From UHGV virus genome UHGV-0122175: a stretch of 35,613 bases of DNA; one strand, 5' to 3'. This DNA is from a virus. The notes below the pieces were generated by a model. That model made no database searches. It had not been told where the DNA came from and saw only the letters and a list, made by a program, of their open reading frames with translations. The position numbers and the translations under genes were made by a program. Shown here piece after piece: positions 6,117 to 14,936 of this stretch (positions are counted from its first letter, which is position 1; every line of letters begins with the position of its first letter).

Positions 6117-8939
6117 ATGACGGCAGAGTACATCAGGGACTGGCAGCAACCGCGCCACGCAGTGGGGCGTGAAGGAACGGGGATCCCCGCTCCTGAATCC
6201 GCGCTTTCCTCCTGGCTGGATGCCTACCGGGTAGAGAACGAACGCCGCCAGGAAATGGCTGATGCGGCGTTCTCCACCACGCCGCTGGGCAACCTGATTA
6301 ATAAAAGCCTGGACGCACAGGAAAAACAGGACAAAACCATCACACTGGCAGGAGACGCCAGAAAACAGGCACGCGGCGCGGTGGATGAAGCCATGGCCTC
6401 GCTGCGCCTGCTGCCGTCCTATCTACGCGATCCGCTTATTCGCCACCTCTCCTTCCTGCGCAAAAAACAGGAAGCCGATCGCCGGAAAGGCGAAAAGAGC
6501 TGGCAGGCGGAGCGCTATGCACGCGGAACCCTGCGCAAAATATTCGAACGTCTGGATCGCACTGACGGACGCTGGCTGACACCGGGGTATCGCTCCCTTG
6601 CCGGACGCGAACACCTGGACGATTTGCTGTACCTGCCGCAGCTCAACAAACACCAGATACAGACGCTGGCCACCATGACGGCGGCGATGTTCAGCAGCAC
6701 CTTCGAAAAACTCTGCGATGGCTTTGGCGCGACTGATGGCGAACTGACCATGGATGTAACGCTGAAGGCGTATCAGATGCTGGCCCGCATGGCGTTACAC
6801 CTGCACGCCATGCCTCCACATTATGACGCACTGACAACAGACAAAGACCGGAGGAACGAACCGGACACAGAGCTGCTGCCGGGCGCAATCCTTCGCCTGA
6901 CCTGTGCGGAATGGTGGAAACGCAAACTGTGGCTGTTACGTTGCGAGTGGAGAGAAGAACAACTCCGCGCCGCCTGTCTGGTTTCCAGAAAAACATCGCC
7001 CTATCTGAGCCAGGACGCGTTAAGCGAGTTTCGCGCACAGCGCGAGAAAACACGCGATTTCCTGAAAAGTTTCATGCTGGAAAATGAAGACGGGTTCACG
7101 ATTGATCTTGAGACAGTGTATTACGCGGGAGTAAGTAACCCGGTTCACCGTAAGGCAGAAATGATGGCCACCATGAAGGGGCTGGAACTTCTGGCCGAAG
7201 CCCGTGGCGACAAAGCGGTGTTTCTGACTGTCACCTGCCCGTCAAAATACCACGCCACAACAGAGAACGGTCATCCGAATCCCAAATGGAACGGGGCCAC
7301 CATGCGCGACTCCAGCGATTACCTGGTTAACACGTTTTTTGCGGCGGTCCGCAAGAAACTGAACCGCGACGGCCTGCGCTGGTATGGCATCCGCACGGTG
7401 GAGCCTCACCATGACGGCACCGTGCACTGGCATATGATGGTCTTTGCTCATCCGGAAGAAATCGACACCATTGTGTCCCACACCCGCGATATTGCCATTC
7501 AGGAAGATCGTCACGAGCTGGGCGATGATATTACTCCGCGCTTTAAGGCGGAGTATGTCGACGGCTCAAAAGGCACGCCAACCAGCTACATCGCCACCTA
7601 CATCGGAAAAAACCTGGACAGCCGCGCCGTGGATGGCATCGACCCGAAAACGGGCAAGCCACGCGTTGACCACGAAACCGGAAAATCAATGGCCGAGAGC
7701 GTGGAGCGCGCCATCGGCTGGGCGCGCCTTCACCGGGTCCGCCAGTTCCAGTTCTTTGGCATCCCCTCCCGTCAGGTGTGGCGTGAACTGCGCCGCCTTG
7801 CCAGCCAGATGGCACGCAACCCGGAAGGCCCGCAACGGCTGAAGGATGACGCAATGGATGCAGTGCTCGCTGCCGCTGATGCCGGGTGTTTTGCCTCCTA
7901 CATTGAAAAACAGGGCGGCGTACTTGTTCCACGCAAAGACTACCTGATTCGCACCGCCTACGACCTCGCAGATGAGCTGAACGATTACGGCGAACAGAGC
8001 GTACAGATTTACGGGATCTGGTCACCACTCATCGGGGAGTCTTCCCGTGTGTGCACACATCCGGATAACTGGAAGCTGGTAAGACGTAAACCGGAAGCGG
8101 AAGACAGCGCCCGCGAAAATGGTTTTGACCTTCAGGGCGGCCCTGCCGCCCCTTGGACTCGTGGCAATAACTGTCCCCGTGTACAGGAAACGGACAACAA
8201 CGGGACAGAACAGCCGGAAGAACGGCCAGCACCGTGGCCGCAGCTCCCTGACGGCGTTGAAGTGAACGAATGGATGCGCTCACTGAAACGGCACGAACGC
8301 CGGGCGCTGATGCGTTCGCTTCGTGACAAACAGGCAAAAAACAGCCGTGATGAAATGCAGAGCTGGACACAGAGCCGCAAACAGCAGCGGCCTTTGCCTG
8401 ATAACCACGAACTACTCGCTAAAGAATGGCGGGAGTCTGCTGAATCTCTCGGCCTGCATATCGGTGAACAGCAGATGCAGCACCTGTTACGGGGCGGCAG
8501 TCTGTACGTTGACGGCAGCAACATTGCACCGCAGGGATTTGAAATTGTACGCAAACCGGATACCCGACCGGACAGCCGGATCACGCAGCTCTGGCAGCGC
8601 CTGAGCCGTAACCACGGCGTAAGCAGTACGGAGATCCGCCATAACCCGGTCGCCAGCTATCTGGAACAGCTGGGGACATCAGACCCCGAAGCCGCCGCAC
8701 GCCTGGCATCCACACTTCAGCAAGACCAGAACACCATGAAAACACCCGTTACCGTGCTTTCTGACATGCTGCGCGCCATCCGCGACGCAGAGCACGCACA
8801 GAGAATCAGTGAAACCACTGAACGCGCCCGCCGCAAAGCAGACCTGCTGCGGGGTGGCCTGACCAGTGGAAACAAAAAACAGACAGAAACGGGATTCACA
8901 AATCCCGTAAATGAGCAAAAAACGCGCCGCGATATATGA
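6117..8939 (+). CDS. A: Replication initiation protein A (rolling-circle, HUH-type nickase)
   Basis: 940-aa ORF at the end of the early operon. Contains a His-hydrophobic-His motif (TVHWHMMVFAH) and a paired-tyrosine motif (YIATYIGKN) characteristic of phiX174/P2 A-type initiators. Confidence 0.85.
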   Translation: MTAEYIRDWQQPRHAVGREGTGIPAPESALSSWLDAYRVENERRQEMADAAFSTTPLGNLINKSLDAQEKQDKTITLAGDARKQARGAVDEAMASLRLLPSYLRDPLIRHLSFLRKKQEADRRKGEKSWQAERYARGTLRKIFERLDRTDGRWLTPGYRSLAGREHLDDLLYLPQLNKHQIQTLATMTAAMFSSTFEKLCDGFGATDGELTMDVTLKAYQMLARMALHLHAMPPHYDALTTDKDRRNEPDTELLPGAILRLTCAEWWKRKLWLLRCEWREEQLRAACLVSRKTSPYLSQDALSEFRAQREKTRDFLKSFMLENEDGFTIDLETVYYAGVSNPVHRKAEMMATMKGLELLAEARGDKAVFLTVTCPSKYHATTENGHPNPKWNGATMRDSSDYLVNTFFAAVRKKLNRDGLRWYGIRTVEPHHDGTVHWHMMVFAHPEEIDTIVSHTRDIAIQEDRHELGDDITPRFKAEYVDGSKGTPTSYIATYIGKNLDSRAVDGIDPKTGKPRVDHETGKSMAESVERAIGWARLHRVRQFQFFGIPSRQVWRELRRLASQMARNPEGPQRLKDDAMDAVLAAADAGCFASYIEKQGGVLVPRKDYLIRTAYDLADELNDYGEQSVQIYGIWSPLIGESSRVCTHPDNWKLVRRKPEAEDSARENGFDLQGGPAAPWTRGNNCPRVQETDNNGTEQPEERPAPWPQLPDGVEVNEWMRSLKRHERRALMRSLRDKQAKNSRDEMQSWTQSRKQQRPLPDNHELLAKEWRESAESLGLHIGEQQMQHLLRGGSLYVDGSNIAPQGFEIVRKPDTRPDSRITQLWQRLSRNHGVSSTEIRHNPVASYLEQLGTSDPEAAARLASTLQQDQNTMKTPVTVLSDMLRAIRDAEHAQRISETTERARRKADLLRGGLTSGNKKQTETGFTNPVNEQKTRRDI
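8889..8908. repeat. 20-bp palindrome ACGGGATT-n4-AATCCCGT (copy 1, inside the 3' end of A)
   Basis: Perfect 8-bp inverted arms, read directly from the sequence. Confidence 0.6.
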
Positions 8940-8961
8940 AGCGCGCATAAAACAGGCAAAA

Positions 8962-8981
8962 ACGGGATTTCAGAATCCCGT
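8962..8981. repeat. 20-bp palindrome ACGGGATT-n4-AATCCCGT (copy 2, upstream of parM-like gene)
   Basis: Same arms as copy 1. Centres are 73 bp apart, about seven helical turns. Confidence 0.6.
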
Positions 8982-9015
8982 AAACGATTAATTAATCAAC
9001 ATAAGGAAAAGCGAC

Positions 9016-9975
9016 ATGAAAATTTGTATCGATGACGGCTCCACCAACATCAAGCTGGCATGGACTGAGAACGGCGAACGCCGCAACGCCATCAGCCCAA
9101 ACAGCTTCAAGTCGGAATGGTCTGCGCCGTTCGGTGGCACGCAGCCCGCGAACTACATGCTTGATGGCGTGCGCTATGGTTTTGATCCGGTCAGCGATCG
9201 CTTTGTCCAGACGACCGACACGCAATACCAGTACAGCGATGTGAATGTCATTGCCATTCATCACGCGCTGGTCAAATCAGGCATCACACCACAGGAAGTG
9301 GATGTGGTTGTCACCCTGCCACTGAGCGAATATTTCGACACAAACGCACAGCCGGACATGGCCAACATCAACCGCAAAAAAGCGAACGTTATGCGCCCGG
9401 TGGAGTACCAGAACGGCGAAGCATTCACTATCCGTAACGTGCGGGTTATGCCTGAATCCATTCCGGCTGGCTTTAAGGCACTGGCTGACATGAGTCCGTT
9501 TGAATCCCTGCTGATTGTGGATTTGGGCGGAACCACGCTGGATGTGGCAAAGGTTCAGGGGCAACTGGCAGGTATCAGCCAGGTGTTTTGCGATCCACAC
9601 GTAGGCGTTTCTCTGATGGCCGATGCCGTACTGTCGGTGATGGCCACTAACGGTATGCGCACCAGTCACCACATCGCCAATACCATTATCGAACATCGCC
9701 ATGATGAAGCCTGGTTGCGCCAGCACATCCACAATGACGCGCATTACGCCAGCCTGATGGCGGTTATTCGTGAAAAGGAAGAAACACTGAAACAACGAGT
9801 GATCCGCGCGCTGGCGGGGTTTTCGGGTTACGGGCGGGTGATGGTTGTCGGTGGCGGGGCGGAGATTGTGGCACCCGCTATCCGCGAAGCCTGCGGAGTT
9901 AATGCGACTTTCATCGCGGACGGGGTGCCACAGTTTGCTCTGGTTAATGGGCTGTACGCAATGGACAAGGAGTAA
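9016..9975 (+). CDS. parM: Actin-like segregation ATPase, ParM/StbA family
   Basis: 319 aa. N-terminus MKICIDDGSTNIKLAW closely matches the plasmid R1 ParM N-terminus as I recall it (MLVFIDDGSTNIKLQW). Also has the actin-fold phosphate motif IVDLGGTTLD and C-terminal VMVVGGGAE. Strong AAGGAA ribosome-binding site. Confidence 0.8.
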   Translation: MKICIDDGSTNIKLAWTENGERRNAISPNSFKSEWSAPFGGTQPANYMLDGVRYGFDPVSDRFVQTTDTQYQYSDVNVIAIHHALVKSGITPQEVDVVVTLPLSEYFDTNAQPDMANINRKKANVMRPVEYQNGEAFTIRNVRVMPESIPAGFKALADMSPFESLLIVDLGGTTLDVAKVQGQLAGISQVFCDPHVGVSLMADAVLSVMATNGMRTSHHIANTIIEHRHDEAWLRQHIHNDAHYASLMAVIREKEETLKQRVIRALAGFSGYGRVMVVGGGAEIVAPAIREACGVNATFIADGVPQFALVNGLYAMDKE

Positions 9976-9979
9976 ACCA

Positions 9980-10294
9980 ATGACGACTCCAACCAGACGG
10001 ATAAGTTTCTATCTGAAGCCAGCAGCCGTCAAGAGTGAACGAGAAGCGTGTAATTATCTCGACAGCCTGCCAGCCTCCGAACGCAGCCGCGCGCAACGCG
10101 CGGCATTTCTGGCTGGACTGGCGCTTATTAAAAGCGATCCCGCCTTTGCTTACTGGCTGGCTGAATGGCAGGAAGAGGAAGCAATACCACCAAGAAATAA
10201 CATCCGAAACAAGCATACTGGCACATCTGCAACAGAAAACAGTCACAGTAAGAGCCAGTTAAAAAGGAACATTCAGGAGTTTTTCCCAGAATAA
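9980..10294 (+). CDS. parR: ParR-like centromere-binding adaptor
   Basis: 105 aa from ATG 9980, with AAGGAG upstream, directly after parM. The segment YLDSLPASERSRAQRAAFLAGLAL resembles R1 ParR (LDSIPQGERSRLNRAALTAGLAL, from memory). Confidence 0.65.
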   Translation: MTTPTRRISFYLKPAAVKSEREACNYLDSLPASERSRAQRAAFLAGLALIKSDPAFAYWLAEWQEEEAIPPRNNIRNKHTGTSATENSHSKSQLKRNIQEFFPE

Positions 10295-10300
10295 CCTACA

Positions 10301-10325
10301 AACACCCTTCACGGGTGTTTTTTCA
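10301..10325 (+). terminator. Intrinsic terminator after the parMR-like operon
   Basis: AACACCC-ttcac-GGGTGTT stem followed by TTTTTT. Confidence 0.6.
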
Positions 10326-10339
10326 TGTTTACCCTAATA

Positions 10340-10381
10340 ATCGATCTGTTAAACAGATAGATATTGATTTATCTATCGATT
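10340..10381. promoter_or_regulatory. Operator-like cluster of palindromes upstream of the orphan genes
   Basis: ATCTGTT-A-AACAGAT and ATAGATA-n6-TATCTAT inverted repeats, bracketed by ATCGAT. A TTGACA -35-like hexamer follows at 10398..10403. Confidence 0.3.
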
Positions 10382-10470
10382 AAAACGATCAATACCCTTG
10401 ACAGTTGTATGGGATTTTGTAGGATCGATCACGATATGACCACTTTGTTTGTGTGTCATGCATAGGAAAA

Positions 10471-10498
10471 CGCCCCAATAGCGGTAACTATTGGGGCG
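10471..10498. other. Perfect 11-bp stem-loop
   Basis: CGCCCCAATAG-cggtaa-CTATTGGGGCG. On the minus strand it is followed by TTTTCC, which looks like a terminator. On the plus strand it would sit in the 5' UTR of the 10604 gene. Confidence 0.35.
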
Positions 10499-10603
10499 CC
10501 AAAGAAATCGAGGTGTCATCTACCTCTTGAGCTCGCCGGAATCGTATTTTCTGCGTGTGCCCATGTAAAGGTGAACACCTCATTTTATTGAGGTAAATCA
10601 AAT

Positions 10604-10882
10604 ATGGGTATAAAGATTTGTAAAAACTCCCACCGATACAACCCCCAATACTCACACCTTCCCGATAACCAGGGACAGACAGGCCGCCACCGCTGCGCTG
10701 CCTGCGCATACGAGCTTGGTGTACTTCACGCAATGATCGGTATTCCTAAAGCTAAAGATGATTCCTTCCTGGCAAATATTCCATATAGCCAGGCTGGCAC
10801 AGTCAGACATAAAGACGCCTTTGAGGCATACATGCTTGGGTACGACTATGCAATGAGCAGCGCACTGCTCAAAGCTGCATAA
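10604..10882 (+). CDS. Hypothetical protein (orphan gene 1 in the A-Q hotspot)
   Basis: 92 aa, GAGGT ribosome-binding site, lower GC than the backbone. Contains a Cys/His cluster (CKNSH...HRCAAC). No family recognised. Confidence 0.5.
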   Translation: MGIKICKNSHRYNPQYSHLPDNQGQTGRHRCAACAYELGVLHAMIGIPKAKDDSFLANIPYSQAGTVRHKDAFEAYMLGYDYAMSSALLKAA

Positions 10883-10948
10883 CGATTTCTGCTTTTTCAC
10901 CACCTCAACAATAGTTGGAGAGGTGGTTCTTCTGAAAAGGATAATCAA

Positions 10949-11236
10949 ATGACCGATATTAAAAGAAGCGATTTATTTTATGACGATTACAGTTGGACTG
11001 CTTTGCCAGGAGATGATCCCACGAAAACCGCTGCTGACCGCCATCGGTTTAGCCGCAAAGAGGGTTATGAAGTACTAAATATGCTTAATTCCTTTAAGGC
11101 ATACTCCCTGAAAGAGAAACTCATTGTCGAATGGATGATTCACGAACACTTACCATCAGGTATTCAGGGAAGGGAAAATGTTAAAGACTGGATTAAACAA
11201 AACTTCCTCAAATTCAAGTTAATTTATCCACGCTGA
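10949..11236 (+). CDS. Hypothetical protein (orphan gene 2 in the A-Q hotspot)
   Basis: 95 aa, AAAGGA ribosome-binding site, AT-rich. Separated from gene 1 by an 8-bp stem hairpin (10899..10927). No family recognised. Confidence 0.5.
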   Translation: MTDIKRSDLFYDDYSWTALPGDDPTKTAADRHRFSRKEGYEVLNMLNSFKAYSLKEKLIVEWMIHEHLPSGIQGRENVKDWIKQNFLKFKLIYPR

Positions 11237-11532
11237 CTGAATATCAGAGAATGAAACCCTGAACGGGCGCACAAACGAAACGAGCGTGCCATGCCCGACG
11301 CACATACAAAGGCGGAGATGCACTCTCCGCCTCATAGTGGTTAACGCATTTAGAAAACATCAAATTTGTCAAACAATCTTTCATATTAACCCCTCCAGAT
11401 TCAAACACACTCTGGGATTGTTGTTAGCTAGTCACTGGGATTTTGCGTTTATAGTTTCACCTCGCCCAATCCACTGAAATTTTTAGTCAACTCAAGCTAA
11501 CGCGCGTGTTAAATATATGCTCATTTTCAAAC

Positions 11533-11560
11533 TGCACAATAGTGCACAAATTTGCACAAT
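11533..11560. repeat. Three phased direct repeats of TGCACAA
   Basis: Copies at 11533, 11543 and 11554, about one helical turn apart, in the non-coding region beside the portal gene where cos is expected. Confidence 0.5.
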
Positions 11561-11934
11561 TTTTTTGAACGACTTTTTGCCCTTCCGGCCCGCATGGCGG
11601 CTGGATCCGTCAGGGATCCGTGCGTGCACAAAAAAACGCGCTTTTTCTGCGCGCAGGTGACGGGGGAACAGCCCGCGTTTCAGGGGGTAAATAGCATTCC
11701 CTGAACGATGTCGCAGAGATACAACAGAATGGCTGTCTTTCTCACGCTGAGCGTGAAAAAGACGTGAGGGCTTTTGATTTGATGGGGTGGCAGATAAGGC
11801 CGTCAAAATCGCACTGAGGCGGCGAGAACATGCAGTCAGCGCGATGGGATTGCGTAAGAGCCTGACCGCCGATGATGGCAATAAGCTGGAAGGCGTCGTG
11901 AAATTATCTGATTGATACAGGAGCTGGAGAGTCG

Positions 11935-11957
11935 GGGCATAAATTTTTTATGCCCCG
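11935..11957. other. Stem-loop downstream of the portal gene
   Basis: GGGGCAT-aaatttttt-ATGCCCC, just 3' of the Q stop on the minus strand. It has no clear U-tail, so terminator status is uncertain. Confidence 0.35.
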
Positions 11958-11983
11958 GCGAAGCAGCAGACAAGCGAAGCGCG

Positions 11984-13030
11984 TCAGGATGTGGGCGGGG
12001 TGTCCAGCAGTGCGTAAGGGTTAAAGCGGATCACCTCTTCGCCAAGCCAGTCATTGATGTGCTTCATGGCCTCCATAACGGGCATCAGTTCGTTAATTGC
12101 GTAAACCCGCGCGGCCTTCTCCACATCACCAAACGCACTTTTTTCACCCGGCATCGCCCCCATCAGTTGCGGCGGAACGCGGTGCGCAGCCAGCACATCA
12201 TCACGGGATGCCACCTTAACATTCATGAACTCATCTTTTGCGGTGATCTGCTGGAACGGCAAAATTTGCACCCCCTCTTTGCCCCCATTGGGCGCATGAA
12301 TGAGCACGTTTTTAAATGCACCACCACCACGTGCACCCTGTAGCGTTTCCTTCAGGGAGTCCATGCTTTCGCGGTTTACCTGCGCTGCACCGATGTAGAT
12401 GATGCACCCGGCGTGGGATCCATTGTCGTAGTACAGTTTTCTGAACATGTCCGCCGAATGAGACAGGCTGGCCGAGAGTAATGCGCCGAGATATTCCGGC
12501 ATGCCGTAGATTTCCTGGTTAATGTCAGGATTCATCAGGTGGCACACTTTGCCAGGGCGAAACTGAAACGCATCCTTACCATCCTGCACATACCACCATG
12601 ATTCAAGATCGCTTCCGCGTCGCATGTATTTCGCCAGGGCGTGCCGTAATTTAAGCGGTTCGCCGAGCATATTGCTCCGAAGCTCAAGGAATGCGTTACC
12701 GAACACAAACCAGTCCAGCGCCAGCGCCGAGAAATCCTGCCGGGAAAGCAGCGGGTGCGGGATGTAGCAACCGAGCAATACATTACGCTTAAAGTAAAGC
12801 GCAGACTGATGCCAGGACGTTTGCCGGGCAGCTCTTGCCAGACCGTACCAGTCCACCGGGGTTTCATACCACCGCCCGTTATCAGCACAGTACATATTGT
12901 CCAGCAAATCATGCCCGGTCAGGCGATAAGGACCATCAAATGTGAATGCACTGAGCGACGATTCTTTCCTGAGCGCATCAGCGAGATCAATGCGTGAACT
13001 CATGCGCACTTTTTTATTTTTTCTGCTCAT
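11984..13030 (-). CDS. Q: Portal protein (P2 Q-like)
   Basis: 348 aa, close to P2 Q in size. Divergent from the O-N-M-L operon and adjacent to the large terminase, as in P2. Confidence 0.9.
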   Translation of the reverse strand: MSRKNKKVRMSSRIDLADALRKESSLSAFTFDGPYRLTGHDLLDNMYCADNGRWYETPVDWYGLARAARQTSWHQSALYFKRNVLLGCYIPHPLLSRQDFSALALDWFVFGNAFLELRSNMLGEPLKLRHALAKYMRRGSDLESWWYVQDGKDAFQFRPGKVCHLMNPDINQEIYGMPEYLGALLSASLSHSADMFRKLYYDNGSHAGCIIYIGAAQVNRESMDSLKETLQGARGGGAFKNVLIHAPNGGKEGVQILPFQQITAKDEFMNVKVASRDDVLAAHRVPPQLMGAMPGEKSAFGDVEKAARVYAINELMPVMEAMKHINDWLGEEVIRFNPYALLDTPPTS

Positions 13031-14781
13031 CAGAACTCCATAACCGTAAAACGCTCGTTTTCTCCTTCGCCGCCAATCGGTTCGTTAATGACAGCAAGCA
13101 TGGTTGCCCACGCAAGGTCGCCGTGGCTGATCCCCCTCGCACGGTCCGTTTCGTAAGTGATAAAGCCGCCCGGTGTTTTCACCTTACGCACGGCGTTAAA
13201 GGCTGCGACCAGCTCGCGTTCGGCGCGATCATATTCCCACCGCCCGGCACGCATTATTTGCAGCATTTTCAGTACCAGCGACCGTTTTGATGACAGCGTG
13301 AAGGTGTACGGAATAGCAGCAGGGAAAAACCGTTTCACTATCTGATAAACAGCCTCCCCGTTCCCGCCCGTCACATCAATGCCGATGTGTTCCACGTTGT
13401 AGCGACACGTGAACTCTTCAATGACTCTGGCCTGTTCTTCAAACTCCAGCCCCTGAACGCGTCGCGTCTCCACCGTTCGAAAACGGCCTCCAGGAACAGC
13501 CGGAGGAACCACCACGGACACAGCGCCGCTGTCGCCGTTTCCACTGCTGCCGTTTGCGTCATACCCAATCCATACCGGACGATTCCCCATCGGGCGGGGA
13601 GCAAAAGGTTTCCAGTCTTTCCAGTCGTCGTATCCGTCAACACCGCAGCCAATCAGGATATTCAGGTTAAATGCCGATTCCCCTTCGCGGACAAACTCAC
13701 ACATATAGAGATTGCGGAACTCGTCTTCGGTGTTTTCATCACGAATTTCGTCAATATCGGTGTGTTTCCAGCCGTGATTAACCACATCTTCCAGCGTGAC
13801 AATTTGCCGCCACGTCCGGTCAGGGCAGATAAGCCCGTTATGCAGCGTTTTCCAGTCCACAGAAAAACGCTGGCGTTTATGCGTGGCCTTTTTCTCGTTC
13901 CAGCGGTCGCCGTTCCAGTAGGCGTATGCCTCGTGCGTTTCGGTGGATGGCGTGGAGAAGTAGGTGCGCCGCAGTCCGCTGAGGGTTGCCATAGCGCCAG
14001 CCACCTTGCGCAGTTCAGCAAAGCGACTGACCCAGAAAAATTCATCAAAATAAAAATTGCCCGTGTAGGACTGTGCCGTCGCAGCAGAAGTACCAAGAAA
14101 ATGCAGCTCTGCGCCGTTGGAGAGGATGATTTTATCGCCCCCTTTCAGCTCCACATCAACTTCAGATGCAGCCTTCTGAATAATGCTTTTAAACTGGAAC
14201 ACCTGACGACGCGACGCAGACAAAAAAATCTGGTTACGCTGGTAAGGTTGCGCCACATCGTCACGCAGCGCCATCAGCAGTGCTTCCTGTGCAAAATACC
14301 ATGTCGCTCCAATCTGTCGGGATTTCAGGATCATCCTGTTACGTATCCCGGCTTCCCTGCAAAGGGTCAGGGAGTCAAACCAGCCCCGCTGATGCCACTC
14401 CAGCCTGCTGATGATTTTTTCCCGCAGCGCGGCAATCTGTTCCGGCGTGAAATGATTTTTGAGTTTTTTCGCCCGGCCTTTCTTTCCTGTGGCCATCACA
14501 TCCGGCTGGCCATCATGCAGCTTTTTAAGCTGCCGGGTCAGCAGGTCTATTTCCTTAAAGTCACCGCCTGTTTTATTCTGTTTTTCAGTAAGCTGGATGA
14601 GGCGCGCATCGATGGACTGCGTGACACGCTGCACGGGTGGCGTTTCATCCCACTGGTCACGTTTTTTCCACGCATAAATCGTGTTCGGGTTTATTCCCAT
14701 CAGACGTGATATTTCTGCGGGCGGATAACCCTGCCAGTAAAGTTGCCGCGCACGCTGGCGCACAAAAGCGTCCTGAATCAT
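13030..14781 (-). CDS. P: Terminase large (ATPase) subunit (P2 P-like)
   Basis: 583 aa, size and position match P2 P. Stop/start overlap with the portal gene. Confidence 0.9.
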   Translation of the reverse strand: MIQDAFVRQRARQLYWQGYPPAEISRLMGINPNTIYAWKKRDQWDETPPVQRVTQSIDARLIQLTEKQNKTGGDFKEIDLLTRQLKKLHDGQPDVMATGKKGRAKKLKNHFTPEQIAALREKIISRLEWHQRGWFDSLTLCREAGIRNRMILKSRQIGATWYFAQEALLMALRDDVAQPYQRNQIFLSASRRQVFQFKSIIQKAASEVDVELKGGDKIILSNGAELHFLGTSAATAQSYTGNFYFDEFFWVSRFAELRKVAGAMATLSGLRRTYFSTPSTETHEAYAYWNGDRWNEKKATHKRQRFSVDWKTLHNGLICPDRTWRQIVTLEDVVNHGWKHTDIDEIRDENTEDEFRNLYMCEFVREGESAFNLNILIGCGVDGYDDWKDWKPFAPRPMGNRPVWIGYDANGSSGNGDSGAVSVVVPPAVPGGRFRTVETRRVQGLEFEEQARVIEEFTCRYNVEHIGIDVTGGNGEAVYQIVKRFFPAAIPYTFTLSSKRSLVLKMLQIMRAGRWEYDRAERELVAAFNAVRKVKTPGGFITYETDRARGISHGDLAWATMLAVINEPIGGEGENERFTVMEF

Positions 14782-14936
14782 TGCTCCCCCTGAGTAATTA
14801 CAGGAAGATTACCCGCGCGCGAAACCGTTCTCCTTAACCCCCTGTTCTGGCCGTTTTCTTACAACAAAAGCCCTTTGTATCAGCCTGTTACGCTTTGCCA
14901 TCATGACTGAAGAACCAGTCAGAGGGGCAAAAAACT
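14782..14936. promoter_or_regulatory. Divergent late promoter region (P-Q leftward, O-N-M-L rightward)
   Basis: 155-bp gap between divergent late operons. In P2 this holds Ogr-dependent promoters. No exact TGT-N12-ACA site was confirmed by eye. Confidence 0.4.

Noticed and set aside
6385-8604. Multiple overlapping ORFs inside the A gene on both strands
   Set aside because: All are nested in the 940-aa A reading frame with biased composition. There is no independent evidence for any of them.
11492-11881. 129-aa minus-strand ORF in the Q-proximal non-coding region
   Set aside because: It spans the probable cos region, has an Arg/Ser-rich low-complexity product and no ribosome-binding site. 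A packaging site is the more likely content.
13387-14709. 440-aa plus-strand ORF opposite the large terminase gene
   Set aside because: It lies entirely antisense to a well-supported 583-aa terminase gene, has low-complexity Arg/Ser/Pro-rich composition, and no ribosome-binding site context. This is a typical shadow ORF.
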